NCBI GenBank assembly: GCA_037441385.1 | Contig: JBBISH010000013.1 | Coordinates: 19,296 to 83,295 of the forward strand | Length of the DNA: 64,000 bases | From: Myxococcales bacterium | Lineage (GTDB): Bacteria; Myxococcota_A; UBA9042 | Direction of reading: 5' to 3' | Shown here: positions 29,256 through 38,033 of the stretch, piece after piece | Numbering within the stretch: the first letter of the stretch is position 1 | Layout: every line of letters begins with the position of its first letter | Program-made: the position numbers and the translations under genes | Notes under the pieces: model-generated | What the model was told of the DNA's origin: nothing | The model's input: only the letters and a program-made list of their open reading frames with translations | Databases searched by the model: none

Positions 29256-29699
29256 CTAGATGCGCAAACTCAGGGTAAGCAAGTAGGTGGGGGTGTCAGG
29301 ATCGGGCGGGGCGCGGGCGCGCACCACCTGCGACTGCGCGGCCGACTGCACCAGCAGCAGGGCTTGCGGCTGCGGCGTGGCCACCGCGCCGGGCGGCGTG
29401 GCCAAGTGCTGGGCAGTGGCGTCGGGCGCAAGCTCGGCGTCGGGATGGTGGGGACTGTGGTCGCCGCAGTCGCACGATCCCTCGTCGTGCCAACCGGGGG
29501 ACTGGCGAAGCTTGGCGCAGCAAGCGTGTTCAGGCTCGGCGCCGGTGAGGATCTTGCTGACCGCGCAAGAACCGCACAAGCACAGGTGTTCCACGCCGGA
29601 GAACTGCACCAGAGCCATGACGAGCATGACCAGGGCGGTCCAAAGGTGACGAACGCGCTTGAGCACCACAGCCAACCGACGCCGGCCAAATGCCGACAT
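29256..29699 (-). CDS. Cys/His-rich leader protein with RAPP motif (DUF2946/CruR-like)
   Basis: N-terminal hydrophobic helix; HLCLCGSC, HACC, CDC..H..HH; RARAPP near the C-terminus; first ORF of the operon. Confidence 0.6.
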   Translation of the reverse strand: MSAFGRRRLAVVLKRVRHLWTALVMLVMALVQFSGVEHLCLCGSCAVSKILTGAEPEHACCAKLRQSPGWHDEGSCDCGDHSPHHPDAELAPDATAQHLATPPGAVATPQPQALLLVQSAAQSQVVRARAPPDPDTPTYLLTLSLRI

Positions 29700-29918
29700 T
29701 TCTACCCTGGCAGAGTCGCCGGCCGATTGCAAGAAGTTTCTTAGATAGGCAGGCTTGGCTGTCATGCGGCCGTCACGCAAGGTACGAAGACAACATAGCT
29801 AAATGGTCATACTGCCGTTGCATCCGGCGTGCGCAGCTGCTGTAGCTTGGCCCTCGCCTCCGTTCCATGGCACGCTGCGCAGCCGGCGGCCAGCGACTGG
29901 CCGCAAGGGGCCGAGCGC

Positions 29919-30608
29919 ATGTCCGGCGACCTCATTCTTTCCAGCGGCTTTCTGGCCTTTGCCCGCCACTTGGGCGTGGTGCAGGCGCTGCGCGACGCGG
30001 GCGAGCGGCCCGACGCCCTGGTCGGGACCTCGTCGGGCGCAGTGGTCGCGGCGCTCACGGCGGCTGGCGTGCAACCCGAGACCGTTCTTGCTGATTTGGA
30101 CGGCCTGGTGCCGTGGCGCGGGCTGCGGCTACACCGGCGGCCGTGGCGCGGGCTGTGCGAGGCCCCAGCGCTGCAAGCCCTGCTCGAACGCTATCTGCCT
30201 GCGAGGTTTGAGGATCTGCCACTGCCGCTTGCGGTGGGGGTCGTCGCGCCGGGCAAGGTCCACCGGCTGCTGACGGCGGGGCCGCTGGTGCCGGCGGTGC
30301 TGGCGTCGTGCGCAATGCCGGGTGTCTTTGCGCCGGTTGTGGTCGAGGGCATTCCGTTGGCCGATGGCGGCGCCGTGGACCGGGTCGCCGTGGACCCGTG
30401 GCGGCTGTGGCGGCCCGGCCGGCTGGCGTGGGTGCATCAGGTCATGCGCACAGCCGGCGTGGATCGCGGCGAGGATCGCACCGGCACCGTGTGGATCGAA
30501 ACCCCGCGTTCCGGCGCCAGCTTCTTGAGCTTGGGCGACGTACGCGGTCAAGCCGAGCTGGCGCGGCAACTGGCGGCGGTAGCGCTGGCGAGCTGGGAGC
30601 AGACATAG
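29919..30608 (+). CDS. Patatin-like phospholipase
   Basis: LSSGFLAFARHLGV, GTSSG, ASCAMPG, LADGG. Confidence 0.85.
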   Translation: MSGDLILSSGFLAFARHLGVVQALRDAGERPDALVGTSSGAVVAALTAAGVQPETVLADLDGLVPWRGLRLHRRPWRGLCEAPALQALLERYLPARFEDLPLPLAVGVVAPGKVHRLLTAGPLVPAVLASCAMPGVFAPVVVEGIPLADGGAVDRVAVDPWRLWRPGRLAWVHQVMRTAGVDRGEDRTGTVWIETPRSGASFLSLGDVRGQAELARQLAAVALASWEQT

Positions 30609-30611
30609 GTC

Positions 30612-31724
30612 ATGGCAAAAACTGGAAGAATTTGCGTTCTGTGGACTGCCGCGTTGCTGCTGGGCGCGTGTGGCGGCGCCGAGGTGAGCGACGACCCGGG
30701 GTCAGGCCACGTGCCGCCGCTGCTCTGGACCACGCCGCAGACGGTGCTGAAGGTGCGGCCCGCTAGCGGCGAGGGTCAGCCGGTCAATACCGCCTGGCCG
30801 GGGAGCGAAAAACCCCTGAAACCGCTGTGGACAGCGCCGTTCGGCGGCTGGCTGGCCGTGCAGTTCGACAGTGCCGTGCAGGTGCGAGCCCTAGCGGAAC
30901 CCGCGCAGTTGGCCGTGATGGTGTGTACGCCGGGGCCGCTGAGCGAGCACCTATATGCAGGAAAGGGCAACCTTTTGCACCTGAGCCCAGAGGGGACGGG
31001 CGCGCCTTTGGCCGTCACGGCGCACGTGGTGGTGCAAGACCAGCCCTACGGCCCTGGCGTCAGCTATGCCCAACAATACAAGCACCTGCAACTGTCCGCG
31101 ACGATCGACCGCGCCCGCCTCTGCCGCCGGCCGCCGCCGCCGCGCCATGCTGGGACAGACGACGATCCGCAGATTGCCCGGGTGGTGGGCGAAGTGGACA
31201 TCGAGGACTTTCCAGCCGACGCCCGCGAGATCGACATTCCCGGCGGCGTGACGCTGACGCTGCTGGATCGGCCCGCTGGCGTGCCGCAGTGGCGGCGGCC
31301 CGCGGCCACCTACGGTTTTGTCGTGGTGCGGGTGGCGCAGGCCCAGCACGACGGCGAAAGCTGGGATCGCGTGGCCATCGGCAGCGGACCCTATCTCATG
31401 GGTTGGATGCGTTCGCGGCCGCCGATGGGACCGCGCGGTGGCGGCGGGATTGGATGCGTCCTGGGCGCGCTGGGTGGAGACCCCAACATCCCGTTTCGGC
31501 TGCAGGAAAACCACCTGGCTGCCCTGCCCTTGCACCGGCTGAAGGCCCAGACCGTGGTGCAGCAGTTCGGCGTGCCCGTAGCACTGTTCAAGCGCGCGGG
31601 CTTGGCTCGGCTGGGCAACACCCAAAATGGTTGGCGATGGGTGGTGGCGGCCGTAGACGGCGACGTGGTGGTGCAAGGTTGGGTGGCGCCGTCGCAAATC
31701 GGCGAGCTGTACAAAAGTCCGTAA
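30612..31724 (+). CDS. Hypothetical lipoprotein
   Basis: Lipobox LLLGAC; starts 3 nt after the upstream stop. Confidence 0.6.
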   Translation: MAKTGRICVLWTAALLLGACGGAEVSDDPGSGHVPPLLWTTPQTVLKVRPASGEGQPVNTAWPGSEKPLKPLWTAPFGGWLAVQFDSAVQVRALAEPAQLAVMVCTPGPLSEHLYAGKGNLLHLSPEGTGAPLAVTAHVVVQDQPYGPGVSYAQQYKHLQLSATIDRARLCRRPPPPRHAGTDDDPQIARVVGEVDIEDFPADAREIDIPGGVTLTLLDRPAGVPQWRRPAATYGFVVVRVAQAQHDGESWDRVAIGSGPYLMGWMRSRPPMGPRGGGGIGCVLGALGGDPNIPFRLQENHLAALPLHRLKAQTVVQQFGVPVALFKRAGLARLGNTQNGWRWVVAAVDGDVVVQGWVAPSQIGELYKSP

Positions 31725-31808
31725 TTTCCGCCAGTAGAAAATGGCCGCCCAAGCCAGCACCGCGTTGCCAAGGCGGCAGCAGTGGCCCACAATGGCGGCG
31801 AGGACCCC

Positions 31809-34106
31809 ATGGCCACGGCGAAACAACCCACCGCTTTGCGCAACTGGCCGCTGCTGGTGGCGGCGCTGGCCACGCTGCTGTGTACGGCGCTGCTGGCCGG
31901 GCACAAGGGCGGGCTGTACACGCTCGCCGCGCTGGACTCGTGGGAGTTGGACACCGTCGACGCTCGCTTTGCCGTGCGCGGACCGCTGCCGGCAGTGGGC
32001 GACGACATCGTCATCGTGGGCTTTGACGACCAACTGCGGCGCGAGGCCCCGGACGTGCTGCAACAGCGCGCCGGCTGGGCGCGTTTCTTGGACGCCCTGG
32101 CCCGTTATCAGCCGCGCATGGTGGCGCTCGATGCCTTCTTTGCCGAGCCCGAGCAAGTGCTGCCGGCCGAGACCGTGACGCAGGTCAACGCAGCCCTGCA
32201 AGCTTTGGAATTGGCCCAGGAAAGCACCTCGACGGTGCACACGGCAGCGCTGCGGGCCTTGCGGGCGGTGCGCGAAGCCACCCGCGGGGACCAGAAGTTG
32301 ACGGCGGCGCTGCAGCGCTCTGGCAACGTGCTCCTGGGGGCGCTGTTCTTTGTCGACGACGGCGAACGCAACCCAGCGCCCAGCAACCTACCTGAACCAC
32401 CTGGGATTCGCGGGGCGCGGGTCGGCGACGCGGCCGTGCTGGACCGCCCGGTGGGGCTGCGACCGCTGCGGGCCGAGCCCGACGTGTATGGCTCGCTGCC
32501 CGAGCTGGCCAAGGTGGCGGCGGGCGCTGGCGCGGTCAATGTGGTGCGCGACGAGGGCGGCGCGGTGCGCCGGGTCCCCCTGGTGGTCGAGCACGCCGGG
32601 CGCTACTACCTGCCGTTGGGGTTGACACTGGCAGCGCGCTCGCAGGCCTTGGGTCCTAACCGGCCGGCAGCAGCGAGCTACGCGGCGGGGGCCCGCGAAT
32701 TGACCCTGGGTAATCGGGTGTTGCCCGTGGACCCGCGCGGGATTGCCAATCTGGGCTGGCTGGGTCCCAGCGGCACATTTCCCTACTTTTCGGCCGCCGA
32801 TGTGCTGGCCGGACGGGTGCCCCAGACCAAGCTGACCGGCAAGCTGGTGGTGGTGGGCTACACCGACGCGGCGCGCGACCGCGTGACGACTCCGTTCTCG
32901 CCGGCCCAGCCCGGCGTAGAAGTTCACGCGACCTTGGCGCACAACGCCATCTACGGCGGGCTGTTGCAGGGCACACCGGGCTGGTTGGGGCTGCTGGTCG
33001 TGCTGGGCAGTGGCGCGATCCTGACGCTGCTGCAGTTGCGGCGGGTGCGGCAAAAGCGCACCTGGCTGGTGGGCGTGGCGGGGGCCTTGCTGGCCGCGCT
33101 GTGGCTGGGTCTGGCGCAGTGGTTGTTCGTGCGCGGCTACATCGTCGAGTTGGCGGCGCCGCTCGTGTCGCTGGTGCTGGTGTCGCTGGCCTCGACCTCG
33201 ACGGCGCTGGTCACCGAAGGCCGCGAAAAGGCGCACCTGCGCAAGGCTTTTGCCCATTACGTCTCGGGCCATCTGGTCGACCGCATCTTGGCGGATCCCG
33301 AGCGGGTGCGGCTGGGCGGCGAGCGGCGTGAGCTCAGCGTGCTGTTCTCGGACATACGCGGGTTTTCGCGCTTCTCGGAGCAGATGGAACCCGAGGCCCT
33401 GTCGGCCTTTTTGAACGAGTACCTGACGCCGATGACCCGCATCGTGCTGGACCAGGGCGGCATGCTCGACAAGTACATCGGCGATGCGGTGATGGCGGTG
33501 TTTGGTGCGCCCCTGGCCATGGACGACCATGCGGACGCGCTGTGCCGCACCGCGCTGCAGATGCAGGCGACTCTGGTGCAGCTGCGGTCGGTCTGGGCAG
33601 CGCGCGGCCTGCCGCCCCTCGAAATCGGCGTGGGTCTGAACGCTGGCCCCATGTCCGTGGGCAACATGGGTTCAGAGATGCGCTTTGATTACACGGTAAT
33701 GGGCGACGCAGTCAACCTGGCCTCGCGGCTGGAAGGCCTGACCAAAGAGTACCACTGCGCCATCTTGTGCGGGCCGCGGGTGCCCGAACTGGCCGGGCCG
33801 GAATTCGTGTTTCGCGAGCTAGACTTTGTGCGCGTCAAAGGCCGCGGCGGCGTGGTGCGGGTGTTCGAGCTTTTGGGCACCCAGACGGCTTGCCCGCTCG
33901 ACGCCGAGGGCCGCGAACTGTATGCTGCAGGCTTGGTTGCCTACCGTGCTCGCCAGTGGGGCGAGGCCGATGCCGCCCTGGCCCGGTTGCTCGCCCGCGC
34001 TCCCGGAGATGGTCCAGCGGCAGTCCTGCGCGAGCGGGTGCGCGCGTTGGCGAGCGATCCGCCCCCCGGCGATTGGGATGGTGCCTATGAACAGCAAAAC
34101 AAATAG
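31809..34106 (+). CDS. CHASE2-domain class III adenylate/guanylate cyclase
   Basis: DIVIVGFDD, PGVEVHA, 3 TMs; LFSDIRGFS, DKYIGDAVMA, DYTVMGDAVNLASRLEG, VRVKG. Confidence 0.94.
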   Translation: MATAKQPTALRNWPLLVAALATLLCTALLAGHKGGLYTLAALDSWELDTVDARFAVRGPLPAVGDDIVIVGFDDQLRREAPDVLQQRAGWARFLDALARYQPRMVALDAFFAEPEQVLPAETVTQVNAALQALELAQESTSTVHTAALRALRAVREATRGDQKLTAALQRSGNVLLGALFFVDDGERNPAPSNLPEPPGIRGARVGDAAVLDRPVGLRPLRAEPDVYGSLPELAKVAAGAGAVNVVRDEGGAVRRVPLVVEHAGRYYLPLGLTLAARSQALGPNRPAAASYAAGARELTLGNRVLPVDPRGIANLGWLGPSGTFPYFSAADVLAGRVPQTKLTGKLVVVGYTDAARDRVTTPFSPAQPGVEVHATLAHNAIYGGLLQGTPGWLGLLVVLGSGAILTLLQLRRVRQKRTWLVGVAGALLAALWLGLAQWLFVRGYIVELAAPLVSLVLVSLASTSTALVTEGREKAHLRKAFAHYVSGHLVDRILADPERVRLGGERRELSVLFSDIRGFSRFSEQMEPEALSAFLNEYLTPMTRIVLDQGGMLDKYIGDAVMAVFGAPLAMDDHADALCRTALQMQATLVQLRSVWAARGLPPLEIGVGLNAGPMSVGNMGSEMRFDYTVMGDAVNLASRLEGLTKEYHCAILCGPRVPELAGPEFVFRELDFVRVKGRGGVVRVFELLGTQTACPLDAEGRELYAAGLVAYRARQWGEADAALARLLARAPGDGPAAVLRERVRALASDPPPGDWDGAYEQQNK

Positions 34107-35136
34107 ACCGTTGGCCGGTCTGCTCTCGCTTGTCCCGGTCGGCTCGCTGCTGCTGGTGGCGCTGATGGCGTGCGGCAAGAGCGAGGCACCAGCAGCCAGC
34201 GACTCGCCCGCGGGCGAAGTAGAGGCCGTAGAAGGCACGGTGACCGCTCAGCGCGCCGCCGCCCCGCAACCGCGCACCTTGACTGTGAAAGCGCCGGTCT
34301 TTGCCGACGACACCGTGACCACCCCCGCCAGCGGCAGCGTGACGATTCGCTTGCTCCACAATCTGGCGCAGTGGCACCTGGAGGGCGGCCTGAGCAAGCG
34401 CGTGGATCAGAGCGCCGCCTTTGCCGCGCCGCGCGACGCTGCTCCACAACCCCTGGCGAGCAAAACGGAACCCACCGTGACCGCGTCGGCCGGCCGCCAC
34501 AGCGAACACGAAGCGGCGGGTTCGGCCGAAAGTGCCGTGCGCGCCCCCGCGCCCATGCCCGCCCCAGTCGCGGCGCCCTCGCCGACCCCAGCGGCCCAAG
34601 ATCAGCCGGCCGAGCGCGCGGCGGAGCACAAACCCAGCCCGGCCAAGAAAGCCGCTCTGCGCGAAATGGCATCCAAAACCGGGGTCATCAAGGCCTTGGA
34701 AGTGGGAGGCGCCCCCTTGCAGGCGCCGTCACCGCCGGTGGGCAGCGGCGGCGGGAACGCGGACGCCAAGAAGGGCGACTCCGGCGGGCTGCGCAAGGCG
34801 GGTGGCGGCGGCGACGTGGAGGTGGTCAAGGCGCAGCTGCAGGTTGCCCAAGAGACCGTGCGCGCCGACCTGACCAACTGGATGAACCGGTTGCGCAGCG
34901 CCATGGCGAACTGTGCCGAGGTCGCGCTGCGCCAAGGCCTGGAATTGCCGCCGAGCGTCAGGATTGTCGCGACCTTGGGTACCGAGGGTGCGCTGGTGCA
35001 AGCCGAAGTCGAGGGCGTCAGCGGCGGTGCGGCCCAGTGCATGCGGTCGCGCTGGCAGGCGTTGCGCAACCTTCCGGCGGTCGAGTCGCCGGTGCCGTTC
35101 ACGGTCGTATACACTCTGCGCCTGGCGGATATGTAG
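34087..35136 (+). CDS. Lipoprotein with FecR-like N-terminal domain and TonB-C/AgmX-like C-terminal domain
   Basis: LMACG lipobox; GEVEAVEGTVTAQR...VFADDTVTT; Pro/Ala linker; two-Cys C-terminal domain; overlaps the cyclase 3' end. Confidence 0.6.
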   Translation: MNSKTNRPLAGLLSLVPVGSLLLVALMACGKSEAPAASDSPAGEVEAVEGTVTAQRAAAPQPRTLTVKAPVFADDTVTTPASGSVTIRLLHNLAQWHLEGGLSKRVDQSAAFAAPRDAAPQPLASKTEPTVTASAGRHSEHEAAGSAESAVRAPAPMPAPVAAPSPTPAAQDQPAERAAEHKPSPAKKAALREMASKTGVIKALEVGGAPLQAPSPPVGSGGGNADAKKGDSGGLRKAGGGGDVEVVKAQLQVAQETVRADLTNWMNRLRSAMANCAEVALRQGLELPPSVRIVATLGTEGALVQAEVEGVSGGAAQCMRSRWQALRNLPAVESPVPFTVVYTLRLADM

Positions 35137-35239
35137 ACTTGTAGCAAAACCGTCACGGTGTCCTGGACACGCCCCTGGGAATATGCCGGAATGCGCAATA
35201 CGGGTCCCGTTGGACCACGCAGCCTGGCACGGGGGACCC

Positions 35240-37411
35240 ATGAGCCGAACACCGCTGGTATTCCTACTCGTCTTGGCCGGTTGGTTGGCGGCTTGCAGCG
35301 ACGGAGCCGTGACCCCGGTCCTGGTTGCGGCCGACGGCAGCAGCGCAGGCAGCGACGCAAACCTGGGGGACAGCAGCCTGGGCGACAGCAGCTTGGGCGA
35401 CACGACGACCACCTGCTACTCGTGCCACGGCGACCCACAGAACGGCAACGAAGCGCCGCCGCTGGGCACCAAAGGCCAAGAGTTCCCTACCGATCCCGCT
35501 GTGGGCGCCCACCAGTACCACCTGGAGTCCAGCACCTGGCACCGCAGCGTGGCCTGCGCCGAGTGCCACACCGTCCCCACCGAGATGCAGCACAGCAATG
35601 GCAAGGTGGACACGGTGTTTTCGGGCGTGGCGATCGCCGCCGGCGCGACCCCCACCTTTGACGGCGCCGCCCTGTCCTGCAGCAACGCCTATTGCCACGG
35701 CGTCACCCTGCGGCCCGCCAAGGCCGGCGCCAGCCAAGAGCGGACGCCCATCTGGAACGTGGTGGATGGCACCTACAACGCCTGCGGCTCGGCCTGCCAC
35801 ACCACCCCGCCCGGCGGCAACCACCCGCAAGAAACGACGTGCGAAAAATGCCACGGCCAGGTGATCGCCAGCTTTGACCCCGTCAAGAACAAGGCCAAGT
35901 GGGTCGACGCCCAGCTGCACGTGAACGGCAAGGTCGACAGCGCGGTCACTTGCACGACCTGTCACGGCGACCCGGCCAACGGCAACGAGGCGCCGCCACT
36001 GGGCACCAAGGGCGAGACCCTGACCAGCCAGGCGGCCGTGGGCGCACACCAGAACCACTTGGCGGCGTCGACCTGGCACAAGCAGGTCGGCTGCGAAGAG
36101 TGCCACCAAAAGCCGACGCAGCTGCTCCACGCGAACGGCACGGTGGACATGCAGTTCGGTCCGATCGCCACGGCCAAGAGCGCCAAACCCTGGCTGGACA
36201 AAGACAAGCTGAGTTGCAGCGGCACCTACTGCCACGGCACCACCTTGCTGCCGGCCAAGGCGGGCGCGAGCGCCGCCCAACAGCCCGTGTGGACGCAAGT
36301 CGACGGCACCTTCAACGCGTGCGGGACGGCCTGCCACACCACCCCGCCCGGCGGGACCCACCCCAAGGATGACAAGTGCGGCACCTGCCACGCGCCGGTC
36401 ATCGCCAGCTTTGACCCCGCCACCGGCAAAGCCACCTGGAAGGATGCGAGCTTGCACATCGACGGCAAGGTCGAGGGGGGCGGCTACCACGGCCTGAGCG
36501 GCTGGGTGGGCAACCGCTTCAACCCCGATGGCACCGTGAGCAAAAACCACCACGGGGCCAGCTACTTCTTGGGCAATCAGCAGCGCGACGACAAGAACAC
36601 CCCCTGCAGCCAATGCCACGGCGCGGACTACAGTGGCGGCACGGCGGGCGTGTCGTGCAACAACAATGGCGCTGGCTGCCACGGCAAGAACCCGGCCAAC
36701 GGCACCGGCGGCAACTGGCAGGCCTGCAATTTCTGCCACGGCGGCCCCAGCCAAAACAACCCGCCGATCGGCGTGGCCAACGAGCAGACCAGCGGCAGCC
36801 TGGCTGTAGGTCGCCATGGCCCGCACCTGACGGCGGGCGCCTCGCACGTGGCCTTTAGCTGCAACCAATGTCACGTGGTGCCACCGGCTGGCAACGTCGC
36901 GCACACGCTGGAGTATGTGCCCAGCGCCGACCTGAGCAGCGCCGGCCACCACGGCGACGTGACCTTGGCCGCCGCGTCAACCGCCTACAACAGCACGGGC
37001 GGCATGACCTGGAACGTCGCCGCCACGCAAGGCAATCCCGCCAGCGCCCGCGGCACCTGCAGCGGCGCCTGCCACAGCAACGGCCGCGGCGGCGCCCCCG
37101 CAGTCACGCCCTACTGGGCCGGCGGCAGCTGGAACAGCGGCAACTGCGGCAACTGCCACGCCGCCGAGCCGATGACCAAGCACCACGGCGACCACCTGAG
37201 CGGCGAGAACTACGTGGCCTGCAGCAACTGCCACCCCGGCGCCAGCCAGGCCACCCACGTCAACGGAATCCGCGACGTCAAGGCCAGCATCTCGGGCGCG
37301 CCGTATGCGGGCGGCGTGACGGTGACCTTTGGGCCCACCGCCGGCTGCAAGAACGGTGTGACCTGCTCGGGGACGTGCCACGACGAAGTGCACAACAGCC
37401 GGTGCTGGTAG
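35240..37411 (+). CDS. Multiheme cytochrome c lipoprotein of the CxxxxCH/CxxCH repeat family
   Basis: LAAC lipobox; 11 CxxCH, 4 Cx3CH, 2 Cx4CH, 1 Cx6CH; internally duplicated module (GNEAPPLGTKG...AVGAH). Confidence 0.9.
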   Translation: MSRTPLVFLLVLAGWLAACSDGAVTPVLVAADGSSAGSDANLGDSSLGDSSLGDTTTTCYSCHGDPQNGNEAPPLGTKGQEFPTDPAVGAHQYHLESSTWHRSVACAECHTVPTEMQHSNGKVDTVFSGVAIAAGATPTFDGAALSCSNAYCHGVTLRPAKAGASQERTPIWNVVDGTYNACGSACHTTPPGGNHPQETTCEKCHGQVIASFDPVKNKAKWVDAQLHVNGKVDSAVTCTTCHGDPANGNEAPPLGTKGETLTSQAAVGAHQNHLAASTWHKQVGCEECHQKPTQLLHANGTVDMQFGPIATAKSAKPWLDKDKLSCSGTYCHGTTLLPAKAGASAAQQPVWTQVDGTFNACGTACHTTPPGGTHPKDDKCGTCHAPVIASFDPATGKATWKDASLHIDGKVEGGGYHGLSGWVGNRFNPDGTVSKNHHGASYFLGNQQRDDKNTPCSQCHGADYSGGTAGVSCNNNGAGCHGKNPANGTGGNWQACNFCHGGPSQNNPPIGVANEQTSGSLAVGRHGPHLTAGASHVAFSCNQCHVVPPAGNVAHTLEYVPSADLSSAGHHGDVTLAAASTAYNSTGGMTWNVAATQGNPASARGTCSGACHSNGRGGAPAVTPYWAGGSWNSGNCGNCHAAEPMTKHHGDHLSGENYVACSNCHPGASQATHVNGIRDVKASISGAPYAGGVTVTFGPTAGCKNGVTCSGTCHDEVHNSRCW

Positions 37412-37521
37412 CGGGCTGGGATCTGTTGCCTTGAGGCAAGAGATCCGGCCGGACCGCGGCTTGCCGACTTGACCCGCCAGAGGCTACGCTCCGGTCGCAC
37501 AAGCACTTGGTGCGGCCCCGC

Positions 37522-38033
37522 ATGAACGAAGCCGATACGCGCAAGCAACTCGTCGATCAGCGCTTAGCGTTGGCGGGTTGGCATGTGGCCGACCTGGGCC
37601 AGGTTGTCCAGGAGTTCGCCATCGATCTGCGGGCGTGCGGGGGCCAGGGTCAGGAGTTTGCCGACTACGTGCTGCTCTTGCACGGCCAAGTGGTGGCGGT
37701 GGTCGAGGCGAAGAAGACCAGCGTGGATGCGCACTTGGGGCGGGAGCAAGCGCTGCAGTATGCCCAGCACATCCAGGCCCAGGAACCGGCAAGACGCGGG
37801 TGGCGGTCGCGCAGGTCGACGTGCCCCGCCGAGCCAAGTGGGTCCTACCAGTTCCGTCCGAATCGGATCGAAAACACGGGCAATCTTTCGGGCCCGAACC
37901 GGGGTCCCCGCCTGACTCTCGCCAGTTGCAGAACGGGTCAGAAAAGCCGTACAGGCGCGAATCAGGTGGGGTGCGTATCAAACGCATCCTGTTCCTGGTC
38001 GACCGCATCGCGCTGAGAGATCAGGCGCTCGAG
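37522..38033 (+). pseudogene. hsdR: Type I restriction subunit HsdR relic (deleted, frameshifted, MITE-interrupted)
   Basis: MNEADTRKQLVD...ADYVL...VVEAKK in one frame; GTGKTR and KRILFLVDRIALRDQA in another; most of the gene absent. Confidence 0.8.
37846..37977 (+). mobile_element. 132-bp MITE-like repeat, copy 3, inserted in frame in the hsdR relic
   Basis: Removing 135 bp restores TGG GTC AAA CGC (WVKR); flanks TCC and TCA. Confidence 0.8.

Noticed and set aside
31809..35136. CHASE2 cyclase plus FecR-like gene as a novel system
   Set aside because: This pairing is a commonly seen signalling arrangement.
35137..35239. Possible cyclic-dinucleotide riboswitch upstream of the multiheme cytochrome
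   Set aside because: I could not find the GEMM-I consensus elements; an Rfam scan would be needed.
37846..37977. TA-target (IS630/Tc1-type) interpretation of the 132-bp element
   Set aside because: Excision leaving a single TA does not restore the HsdR frame, whereas excision with a 3-bp duplication does.
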